From the NCBI RefSeq assembly GCF_036365525.1, contig NC_090399.1:53972430-54036429 (forward strand): a DNA stretch of 64,000 bases, in the 5' to 3' direction. Under the pieces are notes generated by a model, which saw only the letters and a program-made list of their open reading frames with translations, had not been told where the DNA came from and did not search any database. The stretch comes from Heterodontus francisci. Taxonomy: Eukaryota. A program made the translations under genes and the position numbers. Below, piece after piece: positions 26,898-39,879 of this stretch (within the stretch, counting starts at the first letter, position 1; each line of letters starts with the position of its first letter).

Positions 26898-29800
26898 CTA
26901 ATCCTACTTTCTCCCCATAGCCCTGTATCAGTCCCAGACTAATCCCACTGCCCCGCTCTCTCCCCATAGCCCTGTATCAGTCCCAGACTAATCCCACTGC
27001 CCCGCTCTCTCCCCATAGCCCTGTATCAGTCCCAGACTAACCCCACTGCCCCGCTCTCTCCCCATAGTCCTGTAATAATCACCGACTAATCCCACTGCCC
27101 CACTCTCTCCCCATAGCCCTGTATCAGTCCCAGACTAATCCCACTGCCCTACTCTCTCCCCATAGTCCTGTAATAATCACCGACTAATCCCACTGCCTCT
27201 CTCTTTCCCCATAGCCCTCTGTCAAACACAGTCTAATCCCACTGCCCCGCTCTCTCCCCATAGTCCTGTAATAATCACCGACTAATCCCACTGCCCCGCT
27301 CTCTCCCCATAGTCCTGTAATAATCACCGACTAATCCCACTGCCCCACTCTCTCCCCATAGCCCTGTATCAGTCCCAGACTAATCCCACTGCCCCACTCT
27401 CTCCCCATAGCCCTGTATCAGTCCCAGACTAACCCCACTGCCCCGCTCTCTCCCCATAGCCCTGTATCAGTCCCAGACTAACCCCACTGCCCCGCTCTCT
27501 CCCCATAGCCCTGTATCAGTCCCAGACTAACCCCACTGCCCCGCTCTCTCCCCATAGCCCTGTATCAGTCCCAGACTAATCCCACTGCCCCACTCTCTCC
27601 CCATAGCCCTGTATCAGTCCCAGACTAACCCCACTGCCCCGCTCTCTCCCCATAGCCCTGTATCAGTCCCAGACTAACCCCACTGCCCCGCTCTCTCCCC
27701 ATAGCCCTGTATCAGTCCCAGACTAATCCCACTGCCCCACTCTCTCCCCATAGCCCTGTATCAGTCCCAGACTAACCCCACTGCCCCGCTCTCTCCCCAT
27801 AGCCCTGTATCAGTCCCAGACTAACCCCACTGCCCTGCTCGCTCCCCATAGCCCTGTATCAGTCCCAGACTAATCCCACTGCCCCACTCTCTCCCCATAG
27901 CCCTGTATCAGTCCCAGACTAACCCCACTGCCCCGCTCTCTCCCCATAGCCCTGTATCAGTCCCAGACTAACCCCACTGCCCCGCTCTCTCCCCATAGCC
28001 CTGTATCAGTCCCAGACTAATCCCACTGCCCCGCTCTCTCCCCATAGCCCTGTATCAGTCCCAGACTAACCCCACTGCCCCGCTCTCTCCCCATAGCCCT
28101 GTATCAGTCCCAGACTAATCCCACTGCCCCACTCTCTCCCCATAGCCCTGTATCAGTCCCAGACTAACCCCACTGCCCCGCTCTCTCCCCATAGCCCTGT
28201 ATCAGTCCCAGACTAATCCCACTGCCCCGCTCTCTCCCCATAGCCCTGTAATAATCACCGACTAATCCCACTGCCCCACTCTCTCCCCATAGTCCTGTAA
28301 TAATCACCGACTAATCCCACTGCCCCACTCTCTCCCCATAGCCCTCTGTCAAACACAGTCTAATCCCACTGCCCCACTCTCTCCCCATAGCCCTCTGTCA
28401 AACACAGTCTAATCCCACTGCCCCACTCTCTCCCCATAGCCCTCTGTCAAACACAGTCTAATCCCACTGCCCCACTCCCCATAGCCCTGTATCAGTCCCA
28501 GACTAACCCCACTGCCCCGCTCTCTCCCCATAGTCCTGCAATAATCACCGACTAATCCCACTGCCCCACTCTCTCCCCATAGTCCTGTAATAATCACCGA
28601 CTAATCCCACTGCCCCACTCTCTCCCCATAGCCCTCTGTCAATCACTAACTAATCCCACTGCCCCACTCTCTCCCCATCGCCCTCTGTCAATCACTAACT
28701 AATCCCACTGCCCCACTCTCTCCCCATAGCCCTCTGTCAATCACAAACTAATCCCACTGCCCCACTCTCTCCCCATAGCCCTCTGTCAAACATAGTCTAA
28801 TCCCACTGCCCCACTCTCTCCCCATAGCCCTCTGTCAATCACTAACTAATCCCACTGCCCCGCTCTCTCCCCATAGCCCTCTGTCAATCACAAACTAATC
28901 CCACTGCCCCACTCTCTCCCCATAGCCCTCTGTCAATCACTAACTAATCCCACTGCCCCGCTCTCTCCCCATAGCCCTCTGTCAATCACTAACTAATCCC
29001 ACTGCCCCACTCTCTCCCCATCGCCCTCTGTCAATCACAAACTTATCCCACTGCCCCACTCTCTCCCCATAGCCCTCTGTCAATCACTAACTAATCCCAC
29101 TGCCCCACTCTCTCCCCATAGCCCTCTGTCAATCACAAACTTATCCCACTGCCCCACTCTCTCCCCATAGCCCTCTGTCAATCACAAACTAATCCCACTG
29201 ACCCACTCTCTCCCCATCGCCCTCTGTCAATCACTAACTAATCCCACTGCCCCACTCTCTCCCCATAGCCCTCTGTCAATCACTAACTAATCCCACTGCC
29301 CCACTCTCTCCCCATAGCCCGCTGTCAATCACTAACTAATCCCACTGCCCCACTCTCTCCCCATAGCCCTCTGTCAATCACAAACTAATTCCACTGCCCC
29401 ACTCTCTCCCCATAGCCCTCTGTCAATCACAAACTAATCCCACTGCCCCACTCTCTCCCCATAGCCCTGTAATAATCACCGACTAATCCCACTGCCCCAC
29501 TCTCTCCCCATAGCCCTCTGTCAATCACTAACTAATCCCACTGCCCCGCTCTCTCCCCATCGCCCTCTGTCAATCACTAACTAATCCCACTGCCCCGCTC
29601 TCTCCCCATCGCCCTCTGTCAATCACTAACTAATCCCACTGCCCCACTCTCTCCCCATAGCCCTCTGTCAATCACAAACTAATCCCACTGCCCCGCTCTC
29701 TCCCCATAGCCCTGTAATAATCACCGACTAATCCCACTGCCCCACTCTCTCCCCATAGCCCTCTGTCAATCACTAACTAATCCCACTGCCCCACTCTCTC

Positions 29801-32800
29801 CCCATAGCCCTCTGTCAATCACTAACTAATCCCACTGCCCCGCTCTCTCCCCATAGCCCTCTGTCAATCACAAACTAATCCCACTGCCCCACTCTCTCCC
29901 CATAGCCCTCTGTCAATCACTAACTAATCCCACTGCCCCACTCTCTCCTCATAGCCCTCTGTCAATCACAAACTAATCCCACTGCCCCACTCTCTCCCCA
30001 TAGCCCTCTGTCAATCACTAACTAATCCCACTGCCCCACTCTCTCCCCATAGCCCTCTGTCAATCACTAACTAATCCCACTGCCCCACTCTCTCCCCATA
30101 GCCCTCTGTCAATCACTAACTAATCCCACTGCCCCACTCTCTCCCCATAGCCCTCTGTCAATCACTAACTAATCCCACTGCCCCACTCTCTCCCCATAGC
30201 CCTGTATCAGTCCCAGACTAACCCCACTGCCCCGCTCTCTCCCCATAGCCCTGTAATAATCACCGACTAATCCCACTGCCCCACTCTCTCCCCATAGCCC
30301 TCTGTCAATCACCGACTAATCCCACTGCCCCACTCTCTCCCCATAGCCCTCTGTCAATCACTAACTAATCCCACTGCCCCACTCTCTCCCCATCGCCCTC
30401 TGTCAATCACTAACTAATCCCACTGCCCCACTCTCTCCCCATAGCCCTCTGTCAATCACAAACTAATCCCACTGCCCCACTCTCTCCCCATAGCCCTCTG
30501 TCAATCACTAACTAATCCCACTGCCCCGCTCTCTCCCCATAGCCCTCTGTCAATCACAAACTAATCCCACTGCCCCACTCTCTCCCCATAGCCCTCTGTC
30601 AATCACTAACTAATCCCACTGCCCCGCTCTCTCCCCATAGCCCTCTGTCAATCACTAACTAATCCCACTGCCCCACTCTCTCCCCATAGCCCTCTGTCAA
30701 TCACAAACTTATCCCACTGCCCCACTCTCTCCCCATAGCCCTCTGTCAATCACTAACTAATCCCACTGCCCCACTCTCTCCCCATAGCCCTCTGTCAATC
30801 ACAAACTTATCCCACTGCCCCACTCTCTCCCCATAGCCCTCTGTCAATCACAAACTAATCCCACTGACCCACTCTCTCCCCATCGCCCTCTGTCAATCAC
30901 TAACTAATCCCACTGCCCCACTCTCTCCCCATAGCCCTCTGTCAATCACTAACTAATCCCACTGCCCCACTCTCTCCCCATAGCCCGCTGTCAATCACTA
31001 ACTAATCCCACTGCCCCACTCTCTCCCCATAGCCCTCTGTCAATCACAAACTAATTCCACTGCCCCACTCTCTCCCCATAGCCCTCTGTCAATCACAAAC
31101 TAATCCCACTGCCCCACTCTCTCCCCATAGCCCTGTAATAATCACCGACTAATCCCACTGCCCCACTCTCTCCCCATAGCCCTCTGTCAATCACTAACTA
31201 ATCCCACTGCCCCGCTCTCTCCCCATCGCCCTCTGTCAATCACTAACTAATCCCACTGCCCCGCTCTCTCCCCATCGCCCTCTGTCAATCACTAACTAAT
31301 CCCACTGCCCCACTCTCTCCCCATAGCCCTCTGTCAATCACAAACTAATCCCACTGCCCCGCTCTCTCCCCATAGCCCTGTAATAATCACCGACTAATCC
31401 CACTGCCCCACTCTCTCCCCATAGCCCTCTGTCAATCACTAACTAATCCCACTGCCCCACTCTCTCCCCATAGCCCTCTGTCAATCACTAACTAATCCCA
31501 CTGCCCCGCTCTCTCCCCATAGCCCTCTGTCAATCACAAACTAATCCCACTGCCCCACTCTCTCCCCATAGCCCTCTGTCAATCACTAACTAATCCCACT
31601 GCCCCACTCTCTCCTCATAGCCCTCTGTCAATCACAAACTAATCCCACTGCCCCACTCTCTCCCCATAGCCCTCTGTCAATCACTAACTAATCCCACTGC
31701 CCCACTCTCTCCCCATAGCCCTCTGTCAATCACTAACTAATCCCACTGCCCCACTCTCTCCCCATAGCCCTCTGTCAATCACTAACTAATCCCACTGCCC
31801 CACTCTCTCCCCATAGCCCTCTGTCAATCACTAACTAATCCCACTGCCCCACTCTCTCCCCATAGCCCTCTGTCAATCACTAACTAATCCCACTGCCCCA
31901 CTCTCTCCCCATAGCCCTCTGTCAATCACAAACTAATCCCACTGCCCCGCTCTCTCCCCATAGCCCTGTAATAATCACCGACTAATCCCACTGCCCCACT
32001 CTCTCCCCATAGCCCTCTGTCAATCACTAACTAATCCCACTGCCCCACTCTCTCCCCATAGCCCTCTGTCAATCACTAACTAATCCCACTGCCCCACTCT
32101 CTCCCCATAGCCCTCTGTCAATCACAAACTAATCCCACTGCCCCACTCTCTCCCCATAGCCCTCTGTCAATCACTAACTAATCCCACTGCCCCACTCTCT
32201 CCCCATAGCCCTCTGTCAATCACAAACTAATCCCACTGCCCCACTCTCTCCCCATAGCCCTCTTTCAATCACAAACTAATCCCACTGCCCCACTCTCTCC
32301 CCATAGCCCTCTGTCAATCACTAACTAATCCCACTGCCCCACTCTCTCCCCATAGCCCTCTGTCAATCACTAACTAATCCCACTGCCCCACTCTCTCCTC
32401 ATAGCCCTCTGTCAATCACAAACTAATCCCACTGCCCCACTCTCTCCCCATAGCCCTCTGTCAATCACTAACTAATCCCACTGCCCCACTCTCTCCTCAT
32501 AGCCTTCTGTCAATCACAAACTAATCCCACTGCCCCACTCTCTCCCCATAGCCCTCTGTCAATCACTAACTAATCCCACTGCCCCACTCTCTCCCCATAG
32601 CCCTCTGTCAATCACTAACTAATCCCACTGCCCCACTCTCTCCCCATAGCCCTCTGTCAATCACTAACTAATCCCACTGCCCCACTCTCTCCCCATAGCC
32701 CTCTGTCAATCACTAACTAATCCCACTGCCCCACTCTCTCCCCATAGCCCTCTGTCAATCACTAACTAATCCCACTGCCCCACTCTCTCCCCATAGCCCT

Positions 32801-33755
32801 CTGTCAATCACAAACTAATCCCACTGCCCCGCTCTCTCCCCATAGCCCTGTAATAATCACCGACTAATCCCACTGCCCCACTCTCTCCCCATAGCCCTCT
32901 GTCAATCACTAACTGATCCCACTGCCCCACTCTCTCCCCATAGCCCTCTGTCAATCACAAACTAATCCCACTGCCCCACTCTCTCCCCATAGCCCTCTGT
33001 CAATCACAAACTAATCCCACTGCCCCACTCTCTCCCCATAGCCCTCTGTCAATCACTAACTAATCCCACTGCCCCACTCTCTCCCCATAGCCCTCTGTCA
33101 ATCACAAACTAATCCCACTGCCCCACTCTCTCCCCATAGCCCTCTGTCAATCACAAACTAATCCCACTGCCCCACTCTCTCCCCATAGCCCTCTGTCAAT
33201 CACTAACTAATCCCACTGCCCCACTCTCTCCCCATAGCCCTCTGTCAATCACTAACTAATCCCACTGCCCCACTCTCTCCTCATAGCCCTCTGTCAATCA
33301 CAAACTAATCCCACTGCCCCACTCTCTCCCCATAGCCCTCTGTCAATCACAAACTAATCCCACTGCCCCGCTCTCTCCCCATAGCCCTCTGTCAATCACA
33401 AACTAATCCCACTGCCCCACTCTCTCCCCATAGCCCTCTGTCAATCACTAACTAATCCCACTGCCCCACTCTCTCCCCATAGCCCTCTGTCAATCACTAA
33501 CTAATCCCACTGCCCCACTCTCTCCCCATAGCCCTCTGTCAATCACAAACTAATCCCACTGCCCCGCTCTCTCCCCATAGCCCTCTGTCAATCACAAACT
33601 AATCCCACTGCCCCACTCTCTCCCCATAGCCCTCTGTCAATCACTAACTAATCCCACTGCCCCACTCTCTCCCCATAGCCCTCTGTCAATCACAAACTAA
33701 TCCCACTGCCCCGCTCTCTCCCCATAGCCCTGTATCAATCCCAAACTAACCCCAC
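26898..33755 (+). repeat. C-rich 49-bp minisatellite, about 140 units, in intron 3 of the class II alpha gene
   Basis: Constant core CTAATCCCACTGCCCC(A/G)CTCTCTCCCCATAGCCCT plus one of about five equal-length 14-bp variable segments. Confidence 0.98.
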
Positions 33756-33756
33756 C

Positions 33757-33965
33757 GGTTGTTATGATCTGGAATGCACCGCCTGAAGGATGCTGGAAGC
33801 AGATTAAATCATAACTTTCAAAGGTAATTGGATAAATATTTGAGGGGAAATATTGCAGTGCTATGAAGAAAGGACAGGGGAGTGGGACTAACTGGACTGA
33901 TCTTTCAAACAGCTGACAGCAATATGATGGGCCAAATGACTGTCTTCTCTACTGTATGTTTTTAT
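33757..33965 (+). mobile_element. CR1 3'-terminal fragment abutting the 49-bp array
   Basis: GGTTGTTATGATCTGGAATGCAC...GCAGTGCTATGAAGAAAGGACAGGGGAGTGGGACTAA...ATGGGCCAAATGACT. Confidence 0.75.
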
Positions 33966-34334
33966 GAGTACCTCAAATACCTGCTCAGAAGTAATTTCCC
34001 ATCCCGGGTAGCATCCTAATGAAACCACATTGTCTGTTTCCTGTGTGTTTAATACCCTTTCTCTGCAGATAATACTGTAACTGTGGGCATATCAATCTCA
34101 TGTACAAATTTATCATCTATTCCGAGCCTTTGGCCCTTGAATGTGTGACTGTGACTGTAGTCCATAGCTAAATGGAAATTTGTGACCACCGAGTATCCAA
34201 ATTGTTGATGTGTGCTACAGGTCTGTGAGGTTCCCACCAGCAGTGTGAATTATTAAATAGTCTCTCCACTCTGTTGTGTTCACCTTGTGTTTCACTGTGA
34301 GACTCTCATTCCTTTCTTGTCTCTCTCTGCACAG

Positions 34335-34480
34335 AACCTGAAATACCTGAGGAAAAGTCTGGTCCTGGGACAGTGATCTGTGCTCTGGGACTCACCCTGG
34401 GAATCATCAGCGCTGTTGTAGGGATCATCTTACTGATCAAAGAGAGACAGCGGCTGCAAGCTCAGCAACACGGTATCTAG
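34335..34480 (+). CDS. mhc2a: MHC class II alpha chain, connecting peptide/TM/cytoplasmic exon
   Basis: Pyrimidine tract plus cacag|AA, in phase 1 with the alpha2 exon. Encodes (E)PEIPEEKSGPGTVICALGLTLGIISAVVGIILLIKERQRLQAQQHGI*, with the class II alpha TM CxLGLxxG motif. A donor gtaagt lies 2 nt after the stop (34483), as in class II alpha genes with a separate 3'UTR exon. Confidence 0.93.
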
Positions 34481-35299
34481 GGGTAAGTGCAGGAGACAGG
34501 AACACTTCACCGTCTGTGTGTATTGGTAATGCTACTGGATGACAGTAGGTACCTACTCCTGATAGTCGCTGATCCTTGCTGCGATGTGCACATATATAGA
34601 CAGGATTGAGCTCAGCTTTCATACCCTTGTCAACGCTCACACATGAAGAATCGGTACTTGAATAAGGTGCAGGATGGAGTCCCAGCAAGAGCTAGCACCT
34701 TCAGGAGAGGGGGACACCTTCACCATCTGAAGCTACCTTGAAGCTACACCATAATACTCTCATATAACATCCGGTTTCGAAACCTTTCAAGCCATTATGT
34801 TAAGCACATTCATCCCCATTGGCACTGTGACTGACTACCTATTAACCCATAGGTGTTCAGTAACATTCTCTATATCTTATAACAGTACCGTCAGAAGAAT
34901 GGTGACATTAACTATTCTGAGAACACTACTGGGTGTACATGATAGGCCACCAATTCCTGGAAAGGAGATATAGGAGCAAATTTGCAGGCAAGCTACATAA
35001 AAGTGTAACATCTACATAATAATGACAATGGTGGGGGGGGCTTTCAATTATCCGAATATAGACTGGGATAGTAAAAAGATAAAGGAAAGAAAGACGTGCT
35101 TTTATATGGTGCCATTCATGACCACTGGAAGTCTCAAAGCACTTCACAGCCAATGAAGCTCTTTTGAACTGTAGTCACTGTTGTAATGTAAGAAACAGTG
35201 TAAAGGGCAAAGAGGGAGAGGAAGTTCTGAAATGTGTACAAGAGAACTTTTTTGATTAGTAGGTAACGCTACTGTATACTTGGCTCAAGTCTGCATAAG

Positions 35300-38145
35300 A
35301 ACAAGGGTAGGTTATTTAGCCACTCGGGCCTGTTCCACCATTCAATGAGTTCATGGCTGATGTGCAACTGAACTCCATACACCCAGCCTTGCCTTATATC
35401 CCTTAATACCTTTGGAGAACAAAAATCTATCAATCACAGATTTATAATTGATCTATCATCACTTGTCATTTTCCAAAGAAAGTTCCAAACTTCTACCACC
35501 CTTTATCTGTCTCCATGTTCCCTAATTTCACTACTAGCAGTCTGGCTCTAATCTTTAGACTATGCCACTTAGTCCGAGACTCCCCAACAGAGGAAATAGT
35601 TTCTCTCTATCTACCCTATTCAATCCCCATTATATCTTGAAAGGTTTTATCAAATCATCTCACAACCTTCTAAATTCAAGGGAATACAAACTTAGTTTGT
35701 ATAAACTCTCCATGTAGCTTAACCTTTGCAATCCAGGTATCATTCTGGTAAATCTATGCTGCACTGAAGCATTTGCAACAATCTTCAGCCAGAAGTGCCG
35801 AGTCGATGATCCATCTCGGCCTCCTCCTGAAGTCCCCAGCATCACAGATGCCAGACTTCAGCCAATTCGATTCACTCCACGTGATATTAAGAAACGACTG
35901 AAGGCACTGGATACTGCAAAAGCTATGGGCCCTGACAATATTCCGGCAATAGTACTGAAAACCTGTGCTCCAGAACTTGCCGCGCCCCTAGCCAAGCTGT
36001 TCCAGTACAGCTGCAACACTGGCATCTACCCTGCAATGTGGAAAATTGCCCAGGTATGTCCTGTACACAAAAAGCAGGACAAATCCAACCCGGCCAACTA
36101 CCACCCCATTAGCCTACTCTCAATCATCAGTAAAGTGATGGAAGGTATCATTAACAGTGCCGTCAAGCAGCACTTGCTGAGCAACAACCTGCTCAGTGAC
36201 GCTCAGTTTGGGTTCCGCCAGGGCCACTCAGCTCCTGACCTCATTACAGCCTTGGTTCAAACATGGACAAAAGAGCTGAACTCAAGAGGTGAGGTGAGAG
36301 TGACTGCGCTTGACATCAAGGCAGCATTCGACCGAGTATGGCATCAAGGAGCCCTAGCAAAACTGAGGTCAATGGGAATCAGGGGGAAAACCCTCCGCTG
36401 GCTGGAGTCATACCTAGCACAAAGGAAGATGGTTGTGGTTGTTGGAGGTCAATCATCTGAGCTCCAGGACATCACTGCAGGAGTTCCTCAGGGTAGTGTC
36501 CTAGCCCCAACCATCTTCAGCTGCTTCATCAATGACCTTCCTTCAATCAGAAAGTCAGAAGTGGGGATGTTCGCTGATGATTGCACAATGTTCAGCACCA
36601 TTCGTGACTCCTCAGATACTGAAGCAGTCTGTGTAGAAATGCAGCAAGACCTGGACAATATCCAGGCTTGGGCTGATAAGTGGCAAGTAACATTCGCGCC
36701 ACACAAGTGCCAGGCAATGACCATCTCCAACAAGAGAGAATCTAACCATCTCCCCTTGACATTCAACGGCATTACCATCGCTGAAACCCCCCACTATCAA
36801 CATCCTAGGGGCTACCATTGACCAGAAACTGAACTGGAGCAGCCATATAAATACCGTGGCTACAAGAGCAGGTCAGAGACTAGGAATCCTGAGACGAGTA
36901 ACTCACCTCCTGACTCCCCAAAGCCTGTCCACAATCTACAAGGCACAGGTCAGGAGTGTGATGGAATACTCTCCACTTGCCTGGATGGGTGCAGCTCCAA
37001 AAACACTCAAGAAGCTCGACACCATCCAGGACAAAGCAGCCCGCTTGATTGGCACCCCATCTTGAAACATTCACTCTTTCCACCACCGACGCACAGTGGC
37101 AGCAGTGTGTATGATCTACAAGATGCACTGCAGCAATGCACCAAGGCTCCTTAGACAGCACCTTCCAAACCCGCGACCTCGACCAACTAGAAGGACAAGG
37201 GCAGCACATACATGGGAACACCACCACCTACAAGTTTCCCTTCAAGTCACACACCATCCTGACTTGGAACTATATCGGCGTTCCTTCACTGTCGCTGCGT
37301 CAAAATCCTGGAACTCACTTCCTAACAGCACTGTGGGTATACCTACCCCACATGGACTGCAGCAGTTCAAGAAGGCAGCTCACCACCACCTTCTCAAGGG
37401 CAGTTAGGGATGCGCAAAAAGTGCTGGCATGGCCAGCGAAGCCCACATCCCATGAAAGAATTTTTAAAAAACTCTCTCCAAGGCCAATATATCCTCCATA
37501 AGGTATGTTGCCCAGAATTGCTCACAGTAACTCCAGGTGTGGTTTCAACAGGGCTTTGTATAACTGAAGCATGACTTCTACCCCCTTGTATTCTAGTGCC
37601 CTTGATATAAACATTAACATTCCATTAGCCTTTTAGATTATTTTTTGCATTGGCTATGACATTTTAATGATCTATGTACCTGGACTCTCAAGTCTCTTTG
37701 GACCTCCTCTGTTTCTAGCTTTTCACCATTTAGAAAGTACCTTGTTCTATCCTTATTAGGTCCTAAGTGGATGACCTCACATTTACCTACATTGAAATGT
37801 ATATGCCACAGTTTTTCACATTCACTTAATCTATCAATATCTGTTCATAATTTTATACTTCTACTGATACTGCTTACAGTGCTGTCTATCTTTGTATCAT
37901 CGATAGATTTGGATATGTGGCTTTCTATCCCATCATCTAAGTCATTAATAAATATGGTGAATAGGTGAGGCCCCTACACAGGTCCTTGCAGGACACCACT
38001 ATCACAGCCTGACAGTGAGACTATCTGCCTGTTGTCCCTACTATCTGTCTTCTACTGCTCAACCAATTTCCTAACCAAGTCAATTATTTGCCTCCAATTC
38101 CATTAGCTTCTACTTTAGCTAGTGGCCTCTTATGAGGGACTTTAC
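35300..38145 (-). mobile_element. Old CR1 LINE split by the younger LINE at 35766-37470
   Basis: Host sequence AATCTATGCTGCACT...CTCTCCAAGGCCAATATATCC rejoins across the insertion. Minus ORF RFTRMIPGLQRLSY. Confidence 0.75.
35766..37470 (+). mobile_element. CR1-like/Jockey-group LINE, 5'-truncated RT, with a frameshift near 36790
   Basis: [41 protein letters not shown] and MFADD motifs, then IYKAQVRSVMEY; A-rich tail. Confidence 0.92.
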
Positions 38146-39502
38146 CTGCACCACTCCAGTTGACTCACGCTGCATGTGCTGTGTGGGAAGCAGCCATTGG
38201 CACCTCTTGTGCTGTAGATGTATAGATAGGCCTGCCTCCAGCAGTGCTATGTGAATAAATGTCGTGCCTTGTATCTTCTAACTGCAGTAATAATGAGCTG
38301 TCTGTCACTACTAATTTTTGCCAGTCTTTGACCATTGAAAGTCTATTTCATGAAAACTGCAATCAGATAAAACAACAAATATTTGTCAATGAGCCTGATT
38401 TCCACAAGTCTACTCTAATAGTTTATATGCATCCAATACCTTTTAGATGTGGCAATAAAAATCTCATTTTCAATTCTTCAAAACATATTTTCTTTCTACC
38501 TCTTGCAGCTCCAACAAGCAGATCCCTCCTCCTATCATAGATAGTTCGACGCTCATCAATTACCATTTTTCGAATTACCTCCTCCTTTGCTAACTCTGAA
38601 TCAACAAAGCCATCTTTTGTGCCATTAAAACCCAAGTTGATCCAAGTTTGCAAACTGCTCCCAAATGAAGCTGTTATTTCATCAATAATCACTCACTTAG
38701 CTTTAACCTCTAACCTTTGACTGTGTCTTTGTCGTCATACTATTTAAATACATGTTCTTTCTTATAGTCCAATTCCCATGATTCAACACCCAAGTTTACC
38801 GTTATTGAATTAATTTTAATTGAAGTCTTTATCTTGTCTTTTATTTTTTAAAGTCTTGGTTCTGTCTGCGCTGTTGTCATTGGTTCTTCATCTCAGTGTG
38901 TGGTTGTTTAAACACTCATTAAGGCCAGATCTTCCAAATGGTGGGACCATGCATTGTGAACCTTCTGAGATTTTCCATCTGTGACATTTACTGGGCAGTG
39001 GATCATGGACTGGGAGTGTGCCATTTCTTGACATACACATCCAGAATACACCAAAAGTGCTGAAGCAGAAAACTTACAATTTGGACTAATCTGCTTTTTG
39101 GTGTGGTTGACCGTACACAAGCCTAAGGTAGGATGCCACTCTCCCAGGCTTGTGAACTGCAGTTTGGTTCAACAGAGGTAGCAGTCAGTTTGGAGGTATT
39201 TAAAATAGAGGCTCTCAGAGCCCAACACTATCCATCGTGATATTACAACTTTGCCTGTTGTATGTGGTGACATTGCTCAGACAGATTTTCTCATTGTTAT
39301 TTATTTACATTCATATCCTATGCATATACTGGGACAAGCCCAAATTACTGATGGGAAGAATATGCATGTAATGAGATAAGAAATCAATGTGCCTAGTTTA
39401 TGATGTGTTTGTGTTGACTTTCTATTCATTTCATATTGGTGGAAGGCAGAAAACGCTATGCCACAACGTGAACTCATCATCAGCACACCACATCCTCTCA
39501 CT

Positions 39503-39610
39503 GCCGTACCGTGTCATCTTGTTGTGCCGTACCGTGTCATCTCGTTGCGCCGTACCGTGTCATCTCATCACGCTGGACCATGTCATCTCATCGTACTGTG
39601 TCCTGTCATC
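39503..39610 (+). repeat. Short 23-bp tandem repeat (about 4 copies)
   Basis: GCCGTACCGTGTCATCT starts at 39503, 39526 and 39549, then degenerates. Confidence 0.85.
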
Positions 39611-39879
39611 ACTTGACTTGAAGCAACAGTGAACTGAAACACACTTCTGAACTCACGGAACATTGATTTATTCTCATTTTGATACAATTACGTCTACAGA
39701 ATTCATGATTGTTTTTAATCATCTTTTTTAAAGATAGACTAATTTGTTAGAAACATCTCCTGTTCTTGAGCCACCTTAACAATATCAGTTCATTAAGATG
39801 TTTGTGGTGTCACAGATTTCATTGGAAATTGTATAAATCTCCAGACTAATAGTTTTTTGATGTAGTTGCACCATCATGT

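Noticed and set aside
26898-33755. CRISPR-like array (constant repeat plus variable segment)
   Set aside because: The variable parts are only about five recurring, related 14-bp types rather than unique spacers. The context is vertebrate and there are no cas genes.
38509-38760. Candidate 3'UTR exon of the alpha gene (TTTCTACCTCTTGCAG acceptor at 38508)
   Set aside because: Good acceptor, but no canonical AATAAA nearby downstream and no independent support; needs cDNA.
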